Below are positions 9,531 to 19,048 of a stretch of DNA of 60,912 bases, piece after piece. Source of the DNA: an uncultured bacterium (GTDB lineage: Bacteria > Hydrothermota > UBA3073 > NMUJ01); assembly GCA_965612795.1 (NCBI GenBank), contig CBFDTI010000002.1:1-60912 (forward strand), in the 5' to 3' direction. The position numbers and the translations under genes were made by a program. The stretch's first letter is position 1; the number at the start of each line of letters is the position of its first letter. A model generated the notes under the pieces. It ran no database searches, was not told the DNA's origin, and was given only the letters and a program-made list of their open reading frames with translations.

Positions 9531-12500
9531 ATGTATAAAAAGTTCTTCATACTCTTATCATTGATACCAGGTTTGCTTCTCGCTGGAACATGGGGAAAGA
9601 TCACCGGTAGGGTAACAGATGTTGAAACAGGTAAACCGCTTGCAGGTGCAAATATTATAATCGAAGGCACCACAATGGGGGCTGCTACCGACACTAATGG
9701 CTATTACACGATCCTGCATGTACCTCCAGGGACTTATACACTTAAGGCTATGATGATGGGTTACGCAACATCTACAGTTACCGGGGTACGTGTTATGATC
9801 GATCTAACCACGGTAGTCGATTTTAAGATGGAACCCACCGTACTCCCTGGTGTCGAGATAACAGTGGTTGCTAAACGTCCTATAATACAGAAAGATGTAG
9901 CAGGTAGTCAAAGGATTTTCACCTCGGATGAGTTCACGACATTACCAGCAGCTAATATCTCCGATGTACTCAGCATTCAACCCGGTATCACATCGGATTT
10001 ATCAATCCGTGGCAGTGGAGCCGATCAGGTAGCAGTCATCGTTGATGGCATTCTGCTGAGAGATAGGAGGACAAACCAACCCATTGCGAGGTTACCATTG
10101 AGTGCACTAAAGGAGGTATCGATACAAGCGGGAGGGTTCGCCCCTGAGTATACTGACTTACGTGCAGGTGTCGTCAACATAGTAACGAGAGAGGGACATA
10201 CAAACTACTACACGGGGACGTTTACATTTAGGATAAGGCCGCCTGCACCTAAGCATTTCGGTATCTCACCGTATGATCCCAACGCTTATTGGTTAAGGCC
10301 ATTCCTCGACCCTGACGTATGTTGGACAGGTACCAAAAACGGTGCATGGGATGAATACATGCAAAGGCAGTACCCCGAGTTTGAGGGCTGGATAGCATTT
10401 GCCGAACGTACACTTAAAGATGACGATCCCACCAACGATCTAACGCCAGAAGCTGCACAGAGGATATTTATGTGGCAATACCGTAAGCAGGGTGAGATCA
10501 AGAAACCCGATTATAACATCGATTGTGGGTTCGGTGGCCCAGTTCCAATCATAGGTAAAGCGCTCGGTAACCTACGATTCTACACCGCATTCAGGTACGA
10601 ACAGAACATGTACCTGATAGAGTTGTCACGTGATGCACTTAGGGACTACACGTGGATGACAAAGTTAACTTCTAACCTCTCACCCCATATGAAGCTATCC
10701 ATCCTTGGGCTATACGATGTACTACATGCAACCTCTCATTCCAGGGTAGGTGGTACATCTTACTTCTCCAGCGTATGGGAGGTTGCCGATGCCATGGATA
10801 GGATCGGCTTCACATTACCATGGAGGTTATACACTAACGACTACTGGTGCCCAACCTCGCGCTTCACCTACACAGTATCTGCAAAGCTCACCCATATGGT
10901 TAGCCAACATACGTTCTATGATGCACTTATAAAAATAGACCATAGACGTTATGAAACGGGTCCCGGCCGCTATAGGGATACCACAAAGAAGTACGAGATA
11001 CTACCAGGATACTTTGTTGATGAGGCACCATTCGGGTTCTTTGAGGATTATTTCACATCGATCGACGGTAACTTAGCGATGGGTGGCCCCATCAGCACAT
11101 CACGTGATTCCAGCCGCTACACCACATTTACAGCGAGGTTCGACCTTGTATCGCAGATCAACCCCACCAATCAGATAAAGACGGGTTTGCAATTCATATA
11201 CGATAAGCTTGACCTACGGTTTGGTTCCTACAATGCGTATCTACCCGAAGGTAACCACTGGACGGTAGCTAAATGGAACCCCTACAGATTATCACTATAT
11301 CTACAAGATAAGCTCGAATACGAGGGTTTCATAGCTATTATCGGTATGATAGCGGATTATACGAATCCAAACGGATATTGGTACGATGTCGATCCTTTCG
11401 ATAGAACTTTCTATTCCGAGGAGTACAACCCTGAGTATGAACCCAACATCCCTAAACGTAAGATAGATCCACGTCTCACACTTAGCCCACGATTGGCAAT
11501 TTCACACCCCATTACTGAGAATGCAAAGTTATTTTTCAATTACGGGCATTATCGGCAGGCGGCAACATCTGAAGCCCTGTATCGGATCAGAAGATTATAT
11601 AACAACAAAGTAGAATACATAGGTGACCCCAACATACCGTTGGCTAAGACAGTATCTTACGAGATAGGTTATGACCATGTCATATTGGGGAACTATCTAT
11701 TACGTATATCTGCGTATTACAAAGATATCACTAACCAACAAGATTGGACCCGCTACATAAGTGCCGACGGTAAGGTGAACTATTACAGGTTAACGGCCAA
11801 AAACTACGAAGATATTCGTGGGTTCGAAATCGAGTTCACAAAGATGGCCGGTAGATGGGTTACATGGAACCTCAATTACGAGTATCGGGTGAACACATCA
11901 GGATATTTTGGGGTTAAACAATACTATGAGAATCCCGCCGAACAGCGTGAATATGAACGCCGTAGCCCTGTGGAGTGGAAACCAAGGCCACGCCCAAGAT
12001 TCAAAGGATACGTCGATATCCATACGCCACAGGATTTTGGGCCAAAGATTGCTAACCACAATGTGCTTGGTGATTGGCATATCACCTTCGTTGGTTCATG
12101 GACAGCTGGATGGTGGATGACATGGAATCCCAACAATGTCCCTGGTATCGCATATAATGTGCAGACAAGGGATTTCTACAATGTGGATGTGAAAATATTC
12201 AAGACGTTCTCCTTTGGAGGAGTCGATATACGGTTGTTTGTGGATATTTACAACCTGTTCAACCTTAAGCATTTCTCATGGGCATCGTTCTCAGATGCCT
12301 ATGATTTCGACTATTACATGAAATCACTACATCTACCAAAGGAGATCGCTGACCCATTAGGTTATGGAAATATACCCGGGAATGACCGGCCCGGTGATTT
12401 CAGGGATGAAGGTGTCGAATACCAACCAATGGAATGGGTACCTGATGTGAACAATTTGACGGATCCCAACCCTCGTGTCATCTACTATGATGCCAAAACA

Positions 12501-12668
12501 GAAAAGTACATGCAGTATGTAGATGGTGAATGGGTTGAAGTCGACCACGATAGGATCAAGAAGATACTCGACACGAAAGCATACATCGATATGCCTAACC
12601 AAACCTATTTCACGTTCCTTAACCCAAGGAGTGTGTTCTTTGGGTTAACCATCAATTATCGTTTTTGA
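9531..12668 (+). CDS. TonB-dependent-receptor-type outer membrane barrel with an N-terminal carboxypeptidase-regulatory-like domain
   Basis: Signal peptide. GKITGRVTD..GKPLAGANI..TDTNGYYTI..PGTYTL (CarboxypepD_reg). Plug motifs (ISDVLSIQPGI, IRGSG, VDGILL, IQAGGFAPEY). C-terminal ..INYRF. RBS GGGAGGAGGG. Confidence 0.8.
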   Translation: MYKKFFILLSLIPGLLLAGTWGKITGRVTDVETGKPLAGANIIIEGTTMGAATDTNGYYTILHVPPGTYTLKAMMMGYATSTVTGVRVMIDLTTVVDFKMEPTVLPGVEITVVAKRPIIQKDVAGSQRIFTSDEFTTLPAANISDVLSIQPGITSDLSIRGSGADQVAVIVDGILLRDRRTNQPIARLPLSALKEVSIQAGGFAPEYTDLRAGVVNIVTREGHTNYYTGTFTFRIRPPAPKHFGISPYDPNAYWLRPFLDPDVCWTGTKNGAWDEYMQRQYPEFEGWIAFAERTLKDDDPTNDLTPEAAQRIFMWQYRKQGEIKKPDYNIDCGFGGPVPIIGKALGNLRFYTAFRYEQNMYLIELSRDALRDYTWMTKLTSNLSPHMKLSILGLYDVLHATSHSRVGGTSYFSSVWEVADAMDRIGFTLPWRLYTNDYWCPTSRFTYTVSAKLTHMVSQHTFYDALIKIDHRRYETGPGRYRDTTKKYEILPGYFVDEAPFGFFEDYFTSIDGNLAMGGPISTSRDSSRYTTFTARFDLVSQINPTNQIKTGLQFIYDKLDLRFGSYNAYLPEGNHWTVAKWNPYRLSLYLQDKLEYEGFIAIIGMIADYTNPNGYWYDVDPFDRTFYSEEYNPEYEPNIPKRKIDPRLTLSPRLAISHPITENAKLFFNYGHYRQAATSEALYRIRRLYNNKVEYIGDPNIPLAKTVSYEIGYDHVILGNYLLRISAYYKDITNQQDWTRYISADGKVNYYRLTAKNYEDIRGFEIEFTKMAGRWVTWNLNYEYRVNTSGYFGVKQYYENPAEQREYERRSPVEWKPRPRPRFKGYVDIHTPQDFGPKIANHNVLGDWHITFVGSWTAGWWMTWNPNNVPGIAYNVQTRDFYNVDVKIFKTFSFGGVDIRLFVDIYNLFNLKHFSWASFSDAYDFDYYMKSLHLPKEIADPLGYGNIPGNDRPGDFRDEGVEYQPMEWVPDVNNLTDPNPRVIYYDAKTEKYMQYVDGEWVEVDHDRIKKILDTKAYIDMPNQTYFTFLNPRSVFFGLTINYRF

Positions 12669-12679
12669 AGGGAGGTAGA

Positions 12680-14803
12680 ATGAACCATAAGCGTTACATA
12701 TTTGTTATCTCCCTGTTTCTAATACTGTGTGGCACAATATTTGGTGACGAAGTGAAGTGGCTCGCCATCGGTTCGCTACATGACTGGTTTTCGAGTGCAG
12801 GTTGTGAACGTGAAGTCGGTCGTAGGCACTTGATATCCGACCAACAGGATGGTTTAAGGTGGGATGCTCAGTTCCCATACCAGGATTGTAAAGCTGCTAA
12901 GGGGTTATGGATTGGCTGTCGAAACTATTATGACCCCTTAGTAGATAAGACATTTGGGTACAAAGTTGTCCATATAGGGCCAAGGGTTTTGAACGAGGAG
13001 AACGAGATCTTACCCGTTGAGTTTAAGCTTTATGGGCGGTTTGATCACCCCACGGTGATCGTTGACGGTATACCCGCATGTAATACCACCTACATGGATA
13101 TGGTGGATGAGGTTATTGATACACTCAAAGCGGATAGAATGCTGTACAATGTGGTGAACACATCCATAGGTATAACGATCACACGTAAGATCTATGCATT
13201 CAGCAACCAATATCATGATAACTACTTCATCTACGACTATGTATTTAAGAACACTGGCATATATGATAAGGAGGGGCATCGCCACGAACAGACGTTACAA
13301 GATGTGGTGATATTTTTCCAATACCGATATTCACCATGTAGGGAGACTGGCCCGTATGGGTATTATTGGATGCCACAGAATACAAGCTGGGGCCGTAACA
13401 CAGTTAACGATGTTGTAGGTCATAGGGAGCCGATCGGTGAACCTTTTCGCGCAATATTCGCATGGAAAGGCAAACATTCCGCATGGAATGCACCCGGTGA
13501 TTGCATAGGTGAGCCGAACATTGGCTCCGAATACGTAGCAGCTGATGGCCGGTTAGGTGCACCACAGTTCTGTGGTGTTGTCGTCATACATGCGGATAAG
13601 TCGCCTCACGATACAACGGACGATATTTACCAACCCATGACTACATGGTATATAGATTCCGATCACCCAAGGAACTCCGGTAACGATCAGTTCAATGAAG
13701 AATACATGGCAGAAGAGTACGAGTTGATGACAAGGGGACATGCACCAAAAACGCACGCCGAGGAGGTAGGTGACGGTAATGCTGATGAGTTTGGTGCCAC
13801 CGCCGGCGGCTATTCGTCCACACAAGGGTTTGGCCCGTATACGCTTGAACCTGGTGACAGCATCCACATAGTGCTTGCGGAAGCCGTGGCGGGCTTGAGC
13901 CGCAAATCCGCGGTGGAGATAGGCAGATTATGGTACAAATGGGCATATGAGGGATACACTGGACCATTTGAACTACCTGATGGAAGTACAACCAATGACG
14001 GTAACGAATATAAGAATGCGTGGGTATTCACTGGCAAAGATTCACTATTTGAAACATTCAGGCGTGCGATCGCAAATTATAAATCTGGATTCAATATCCC
14101 ACAACCTCCACCACCGCCGGATCTGTTCGTAGTTGAATCGGGTGGCGATCGTATCAGGTTGACATGGTCTGACAATGCCGAAGCGTGGCCTAACTTCAGA
14201 GGTTACAGAATATATCGGGCAATACACAGACCGGACACATTCTATCAATTGATATTCGAGTGTGGTGAAGGTACCGCACATCCAGAGATCGTACATGAGT
14301 TTGATGATATGACCGCACTTAGGGGGTTCAATTATTACTACTACATTACATCGTTTGACGATGGCAGTACTAACGATATTGCACCCGGTGTACCGTTGGA
14401 GAGTAGCAAATTCTACACAATGACGAATGAACCTGCATTCCTGCGACGTCCACCAGGGTTATCGCTTGAGGATATCAGGGTGGTACCTAACCCATACAAT
14501 ATAAGGGCACGTGAGCTACAGTATGGAGCGGGTGGCCCTGATCGTATCATGTTCCTAAACATACCGCCATTCTGTATCATAAGGATATATACTGAGAGAG
14601 GTGACCTTATTAAGACCATCGTACATGACGATGGTAGTGGTGACGAAGCGTGGGAATCGGTTACCTCATCACGACAGCTTGTAGTAAGTGGCCTGTATAT
14701 TGCACATTTTGAGGTAACCCGTGACTATTACGATCCAGAGACTGGTGAACTGCTATACAGGAAAGGGGATCAAACCATCCGCAAATTTATAATAATTCGG
14801 TAG
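12680..14803 (+). CDS. Secreted orphan protein with a PPPPP linker, an Fn3-like domain and a divergent T9SS C-terminal sorting domain
   Basis: ATG at 12680 after GGGAGG (the ORF-track TTG at 12665 is rejected). Signal peptide. PQPPPPPDLFVVESGGDRIRLTWS..YRIYR (Fn3-like). C-terminus VVPNPYN..IIRIYTERGDLIKTI..SGLYIAHFEV..KFIIIR. Confidence 0.55.
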   Translation: MNHKRYIFVISLFLILCGTIFGDEVKWLAIGSLHDWFSSAGCEREVGRRHLISDQQDGLRWDAQFPYQDCKAAKGLWIGCRNYYDPLVDKTFGYKVVHIGPRVLNEENEILPVEFKLYGRFDHPTVIVDGIPACNTTYMDMVDEVIDTLKADRMLYNVVNTSIGITITRKIYAFSNQYHDNYFIYDYVFKNTGIYDKEGHRHEQTLQDVVIFFQYRYSPCRETGPYGYYWMPQNTSWGRNTVNDVVGHREPIGEPFRAIFAWKGKHSAWNAPGDCIGEPNIGSEYVAADGRLGAPQFCGVVVIHADKSPHDTTDDIYQPMTTWYIDSDHPRNSGNDQFNEEYMAEEYELMTRGHAPKTHAEEVGDGNADEFGATAGGYSSTQGFGPYTLEPGDSIHIVLAEAVAGLSRKSAVEIGRLWYKWAYEGYTGPFELPDGSTTNDGNEYKNAWVFTGKDSLFETFRRAIANYKSGFNIPQPPPPPDLFVVESGGDRIRLTWSDNAEAWPNFRGYRIYRAIHRPDTFYQLIFECGEGTAHPEIVHEFDDMTALRGFNYYYYITSFDDGSTNDIAPGVPLESSKFYTMTNEPAFLRRPPGLSLEDIRVVPNPYNIRARELQYGAGGPDRIMFLNIPPFCIIRIYTERGDLIKTIVHDDGSGDEAWESVTSSRQLVVSGLYIAHFEVTRDYYDPETGELLYRKGDQTIRKFIIIR

Positions 14804-14811
14804 GAGGTGAA

Positions 14812-15378
14812 ATGCGCGCTATACAGTTCAAAGCATTGCTATTTGTGGCAATTATTATATCCATCAGTTGTGAGAAATTTCGTACCGAAGAGTATCACAT
14901 GAAAGATGTTGATATACGGGCATGTGCGTATCTTACAGATAGCTTAAGTGATACAATTTATGTGAGGCCACTCACATATTTTGACACAAACTGGGTAGCC
15001 CCTTATATATACGATAACGTTGCGGAGATTATCGACACATTGGACGCACATAACATTAAGATTGAGCCATCCATGGGTTACACTATTATCACCGAAGAAG
15101 CTATAGATACAAACTACATAGTGTATAGGAATACACATGCGGGTGAAGTGATCATCTTCATCAATGACTACTTGAACGTCAATGTTATAAGCGAAGACTC
15201 TATCATAAGAGAAAAGAGTCGCGCTATACCACTCGAAACAGTTGCTGGCTGCCCGGAGATAAGGACGCGGTTCGTTTATGTGCTTGAAGAAGACGAGTAC
15301 CTTTTGGAGTTCATAAAAACTGATCAAACATTATCTGATACCTTTAATACCGTGATACTCTGGGAGGAGGCACGATGA
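14812..15378 (+). CDS. Small lipoprotein, unknown function
   Basis: Signal peptide with lipobox IISISC, RBS TAGGAGGTG, no recognisable domain. Confidence 0.5.
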   Translation: MRAIQFKALLFVAIIISISCEKFRTEEYHMKDVDIRACAYLTDSLSDTIYVRPLTYFDTNWVAPYIYDNVAEIIDTLDAHNIKIEPSMGYTIITEEAIDTNYIVYRNTHAGEVIIFINDYLNVNVISEDSIIREKSRAIPLETVAGCPEIRTRFVYVLEEDEYLLEFIKTDQTLSDTFNTVILWEEAR

Positions 15379-16352
15379 GAAAACTATATATAGTGGGTGT
15401 GATCATGATATGCTCTTTGATGGTTAAGAATGCTTACCCACAAGTGAAGCTCGCACAGACAGGGTTCCAATTCCTAAGTGTAGGTGCAGATGCGCGTGCA
15501 TGCGGTATGGGTGAAGCATTCACGACCGTTGAAGGGCAAGCTTCCGCCCTATTCTACAACCCTGCCGGTATAGCACGATTGGGTTCATCTATCGATATTG
15601 CAACAAATTACACCAAATGGATTGCGGACATCACACACTACTCGTTAAGCTTTGCATTTAAGCCGAAAGCTGGCAAGTATGGTGTATTCGGTATAAGCGT
15701 ATTATCTGTTGATTATGGTGAGATCCAAGGTACCATGGTGTGGCCTAACCCAGAGGGTTACATCGAAACAGAGGTGTTCCGGCCAGCTGCATACGCTATT
15801 GGGGTAGGTTATGCAAGAGCCCTAACAGATAAGTTTGTTGTTGGAGGGCAAATCAAACACACCGCGCAATCCTTAGGTAAGAGTGTCATACCCGATGAAG
15901 GTGTCAAGAAGAACATTGCGTCAACTTTCGCATATGACTTCGGTACTATATATCGGACAGGGTTCAAAAGCTTATCATTCGGCATGTGTGTACGTAATTT
16001 CTCACCAGAGGTGAAGTTCGAAGAGGAGGGGTTTCAACTACCGCTTACATTCAAGATTGGTATATCGATGGATCTGCTCGATATCTTTATGAGCGACCAC
16101 AAGGGTCATTCGCTGCTCGTTGCCATAGATGCTGCACATCCACGTGCATATCGTGAATATATCAACATGGGTATGGAATATAAATTTATGAATATGTTGG
16201 CGTTACGGGTTGGATACGTAACCAGCCAAGACGAGTATGGATTAACTGCGGGGTTTGGTGTGCACCAATTTGGAGTTTCAATCGACTATGCATATACACC
16301 ATTTGGTGTATTTGGTAACGTTCATAGGCTTACTCTACATATTTTGAGGTAG
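15375..16352 (+). CDS. PorV/PorQ-family outer membrane beta-barrel (T9SS cargo shuttle-like)
   Basis: Signal peptide, then FQFLSVGADARACGMGEAFTTVEG.ASALFYNPAGIA, the hallmark N-terminal motif of PorV/PorQ-type barrels. Alternating beta-strand pattern. ATGA overlap with the upstream gene. Confidence 0.65.
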   Translation: MRKLYIVGVIMICSLMVKNAYPQVKLAQTGFQFLSVGADARACGMGEAFTTVEGQASALFYNPAGIARLGSSIDIATNYTKWIADITHYSLSFAFKPKAGKYGVFGISVLSVDYGEIQGTMVWPNPEGYIETEVFRPAAYAIGVGYARALTDKFVVGGQIKHTAQSLGKSVIPDEGVKKNIASTFAYDFGTIYRTGFKSLSFGMCVRNFSPEVKFEEEGFQLPLTFKIGISMDLLDIFMSDHKGHSLLVAIDAAHPRAYREYINMGMEYKFMNMLALRVGYVTSQDEYGLTAGFGVHQFGVSIDYAYTPFGVFGNVHRLTLHILR

Positions 16353-16360
16353 GAGGGGAT

Positions 16361-17542
16361 ATGAGAAATACCATAATTGTTGGGTTGACGATCTTAACTC
16401 TATGTATTTTTGTAAGTTGTGAGAGAGAGTACCCCAGTATATGGAATCCCAATCAAGAGTTTAAACCCAACCCTATCATCACGAGTGTCGAACCGCCAGA
16501 AGGTACGTTTGCTGTCATTGGTACCGTAACAGTAAAGGGTGAGAATTTCTCACCGGTCAAGGACGAAAACTACGTATATTTTGATGGCGAAAAAGGTACA
16601 ATTCTAACCGCTAGCGATACATTACTTACGGTGAACCCACCTAACATAGCCGGTGATTCAATAAGGATAAAACTACGTGTAGAGGGTGCACTCTTGTATG
16701 CTGAATACTATCCATATAAGTTGATGTATGCGGCTGAGGAATATGGTGGGTTCGATGACTACGATGATTGTTACGGACTTGCATGTGATACAAATGAGAA
16801 CCTTTACGTATCGGTGAGAAGTCGCAAAGTTATAATGGTAACACCCGATGGTGAACAGCATGATTATGCAACAACAAGCTTTGAAAAAGCTTCCGCAATG
16901 CGAATGGGTCCAGAGGGTTATATATACTATGTCAACATCCTACCCTATGTATTCCGCATATTACCAGGTGGTGGTAGCGATGAGCTATTTGTGGTATTAC
17001 CAGGTGGTGTATACGATCTTGACTTCGACCAATACGGTAACCTATACTGTGGTGGTAACGGGCAAGCTATATATCGGGTGAAATCCGACCGTAGCTACGA
17101 GATAGCTGCTGATTATTCTGGTATAGATATAAAAGCTGTACGGGTGTTCAACGGTTATCTATATGTAGGTGGTGACTCATCCGACCATAAGTGTATCTGG
17201 CGTAACCAGATAGTATCGGAGGATTCACTCAGCACACGTGAGCTCTATTTTGACTGGTCCTCATATTTTGGTGCATATGATATATTTTCTATAACGTTTG
17301 ATATCAATGGTAACATGTATGTTGGTACTGATGCACCTGAGGCGATAATCATTGTACGTCCGGATAAAAGCTATACACCTCTATATCCAGGTGTACTTGA
17401 ACCCCAAACCTATACCCTCTGTTGGGGTAACAGAGAATACTTATATGTGAATCGGCGTAGCGATGATCCATCAAAAAAGAGGATTATAAGGATTAATATG
17501 TTAGATAAGAGGGGAGCCCCATATTATGGGCGTCAACTTTAA
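16361..17542 (+). CDS. Lipoprotein with an IPT/TIG domain plus an NHL-like beta-propeller
   Basis: Lipobox IFVSC. ITSVEPPEG..VTVKGENFSP..VYFDG..LTVNPP (IPT/TIG). Repeated blades (NENLYVS, EGYIYYV, YGNLYCG, NGYLYVG, NGNMYVG). Confidence 0.6.
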   Translation: MRNTIIVGLTILTLCIFVSCEREYPSIWNPNQEFKPNPIITSVEPPEGTFAVIGTVTVKGENFSPVKDENYVYFDGEKGTILTASDTLLTVNPPNIAGDSIRIKLRVEGALLYAEYYPYKLMYAAEEYGGFDDYDDCYGLACDTNENLYVSVRSRKVIMVTPDGEQHDYATTSFEKASAMRMGPEGYIYYVNILPYVFRILPGGGSDELFVVLPGGVYDLDFDQYGNLYCGGNGQAIYRVKSDRSYEIAADYSGIDIKAVRVFNGYLYVGGDSSDHKCIWRNQIVSEDSLSTRELYFDWSSYFGAYDIFSITFDINGNMYVGTDAPEAIIIVRPDKSYTPLYPGVLEPQTYTLCWGNREYLYVNRRSDDPSKKRIIRINMLDKRGAPYYGRQL

Positions 17543-17572
17543 TCTACATGTTTTTAGCAAAAAGGAGGTAAC

Positions 17573-18973
17573 ATGAGGTTAGTTTATTGCATGTTGGTAG
17601 GGTTAGTGGTTGCTGGTGTTGCTGCTGGTGAGTGGGTATTCGACCACGTACTATATGACTTCGAGCTACCACAAGATAACGCGTATGGTGTACACGGTGT
17701 GGTTGTGGACCCTGAGGGTAAAGTATGGATTGCACTACATGGTGCGATAACCTCTGATCCGGTTATCGATTCTGAGACAGGTGATACACTTGGCTGGTAT
17801 CGTCCTATATACATACTGGATCCAGAGACTGGTGAACATGTCGACTTTTCGCCACTTAAAATACTCGAGCTATGGGATGGTACACTCGACACTTTATGGA
17901 CAGGTAGTCCACACAATGGTAGCGGTAAGGGTATAACTCTTGATAACGATGGTAACATACTTTACTCATCATGGGCCACATTGTATCGTATTGACTATCA
18001 TACGGGGCAATGTTTGAACCGTTTCATACCGTCATCGGTTGGTTTACCCATGTCATCGATCACGGAAGCTGTACAGGATACGAATGGATTCATATATCTG
18101 AGTTACGTACTGGGGGGTGACAAACCCATAATCATACTGGATAATGATTTCAACTATATCGGTAACGCAGTCGATACAGTGGGTTACATCAACCGCTCAT
18201 TGGTGGTATCACCCGATGGTAAAGACATATGGACAGGCTCCACATGGCTGGGTATTGGTATTGTCCATTGGCATAGTGATATACCCGGTGTGCTACCATA
18301 CACGCCAGTTGATACGTTTGGTACATGGGATTCGATATATGTGGAATCTGTCTACGTTGATGGCGAATGGCATGACACCGCATATTGGGCATACGATGTA
18401 GACCTATGGCCTGAATGTCTCGATGTAGGACCTGATGGTAACTTATGGGCAGGTTGTACACAGCTGGCATGGACACAGGATTATGAAAATGCACCTATAG
18501 GTAGCCGCTGGTATGTGTTCGATATCAACACACATGAGATACTCTATACGGTTGGTATACCAATGGGTGATCCACATGCTGGTGGGGTGATGAACCCACG
18601 TGGTGCCGCATGGAGTGCCGATGGTAACATACTCTACTTGGCAGATTATGATTACAACATTGTAACCGTATGGCGTGCGGTTGGGGTTGAAGAAAAGCAT
18701 GATATCGGGTTGTTTAATCTCACCCTTAAGCCGAATCCGGCCAAATCCACCAGGGAGATAACGATAACGTTTACACTTACAAAGGAAGGGGTTGTCGATC
18801 TCAAAGTTTACGATGTAGCAGGTCGTGTGGTAAAAACACTCATCAATAAGCATATGGCACCTGGTACCCACAAGGTGCGGTTCGATGCTTCACGGTTACC
18901 ACCAGGTACGTATTTCTGTCGTATGGCGTTCGATGGCAAGGCGACCACACAGAAGATGCTACTTGTTAAGTGA
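17573..18973 (+). CDS. Secreted 6-blade-type beta-propeller protein with a T9SS C-terminal sorting domain
   Basis: Signal peptide. Blades (DPEGKVWIA, DNDGNILYS, DTNGFIYLS, SPDGKDIWTGS, GPDGNLWAG, SADGNILYLAD). CTD LKPNPAKS..VDLKVYDVAGRVVKTL..PPGTYFCRM..KMLLVK. Confidence 0.7.
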   Translation: MRLVYCMLVGLVVAGVAAGEWVFDHVLYDFELPQDNAYGVHGVVVDPEGKVWIALHGAITSDPVIDSETGDTLGWYRPIYILDPETGEHVDFSPLKILELWDGTLDTLWTGSPHNGSGKGITLDNDGNILYSSWATLYRIDYHTGQCLNRFIPSSVGLPMSSITEAVQDTNGFIYLSYVLGGDKPIIILDNDFNYIGNAVDTVGYINRSLVVSPDGKDIWTGSTWLGIGIVHWHSDIPGVLPYTPVDTFGTWDSIYVESVYVDGEWHDTAYWAYDVDLWPECLDVGPDGNLWAGCTQLAWTQDYENAPIGSRWYVFDINTHEILYTVGIPMGDPHAGGVMNPRGAAWSADGNILYLADYDYNIVTVWRAVGVEEKHDIGLFNLTLKPNPAKSTREITITFTLTKEGVVDLKVYDVAGRVVKTLINKHMAPGTHKVRFDASRLPPGTYFCRMAFDGKATTQKMLLVK

Positions 18974-18983
18974 TCGCATATCC

Positions 18984-19019
18984 AAAAGGGGGTCGGTGGC
19001 CATCGCTGACCCCCCTTTT
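18984..19019 (+). terminator. Intrinsic terminator/attenuator inside the locus
   Basis: AAAAGGGGGTC (18984-18994) pairs with GACCCCCCTTTT (19008-19019), with a GC-rich stem followed by a T-run. It sits 11 nt after the stop at 18973. Confidence 0.6.
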
Positions 19020-19048
19020 ATTATAAAATGTAAACCGGGTGAGGAGGA

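Noticed and set aside
9531-12668. Reading the TonB-type barrel plus the nearby DtxR regulator as a siderophore uptake system
   Set aside because: There are no siderophore-binding lipoprotein, ABC importer or biosynthesis genes. The neighbours are glycosidase-like enzymes and T9SS cargo. The idea survives only as a low-interest note on the regulator.
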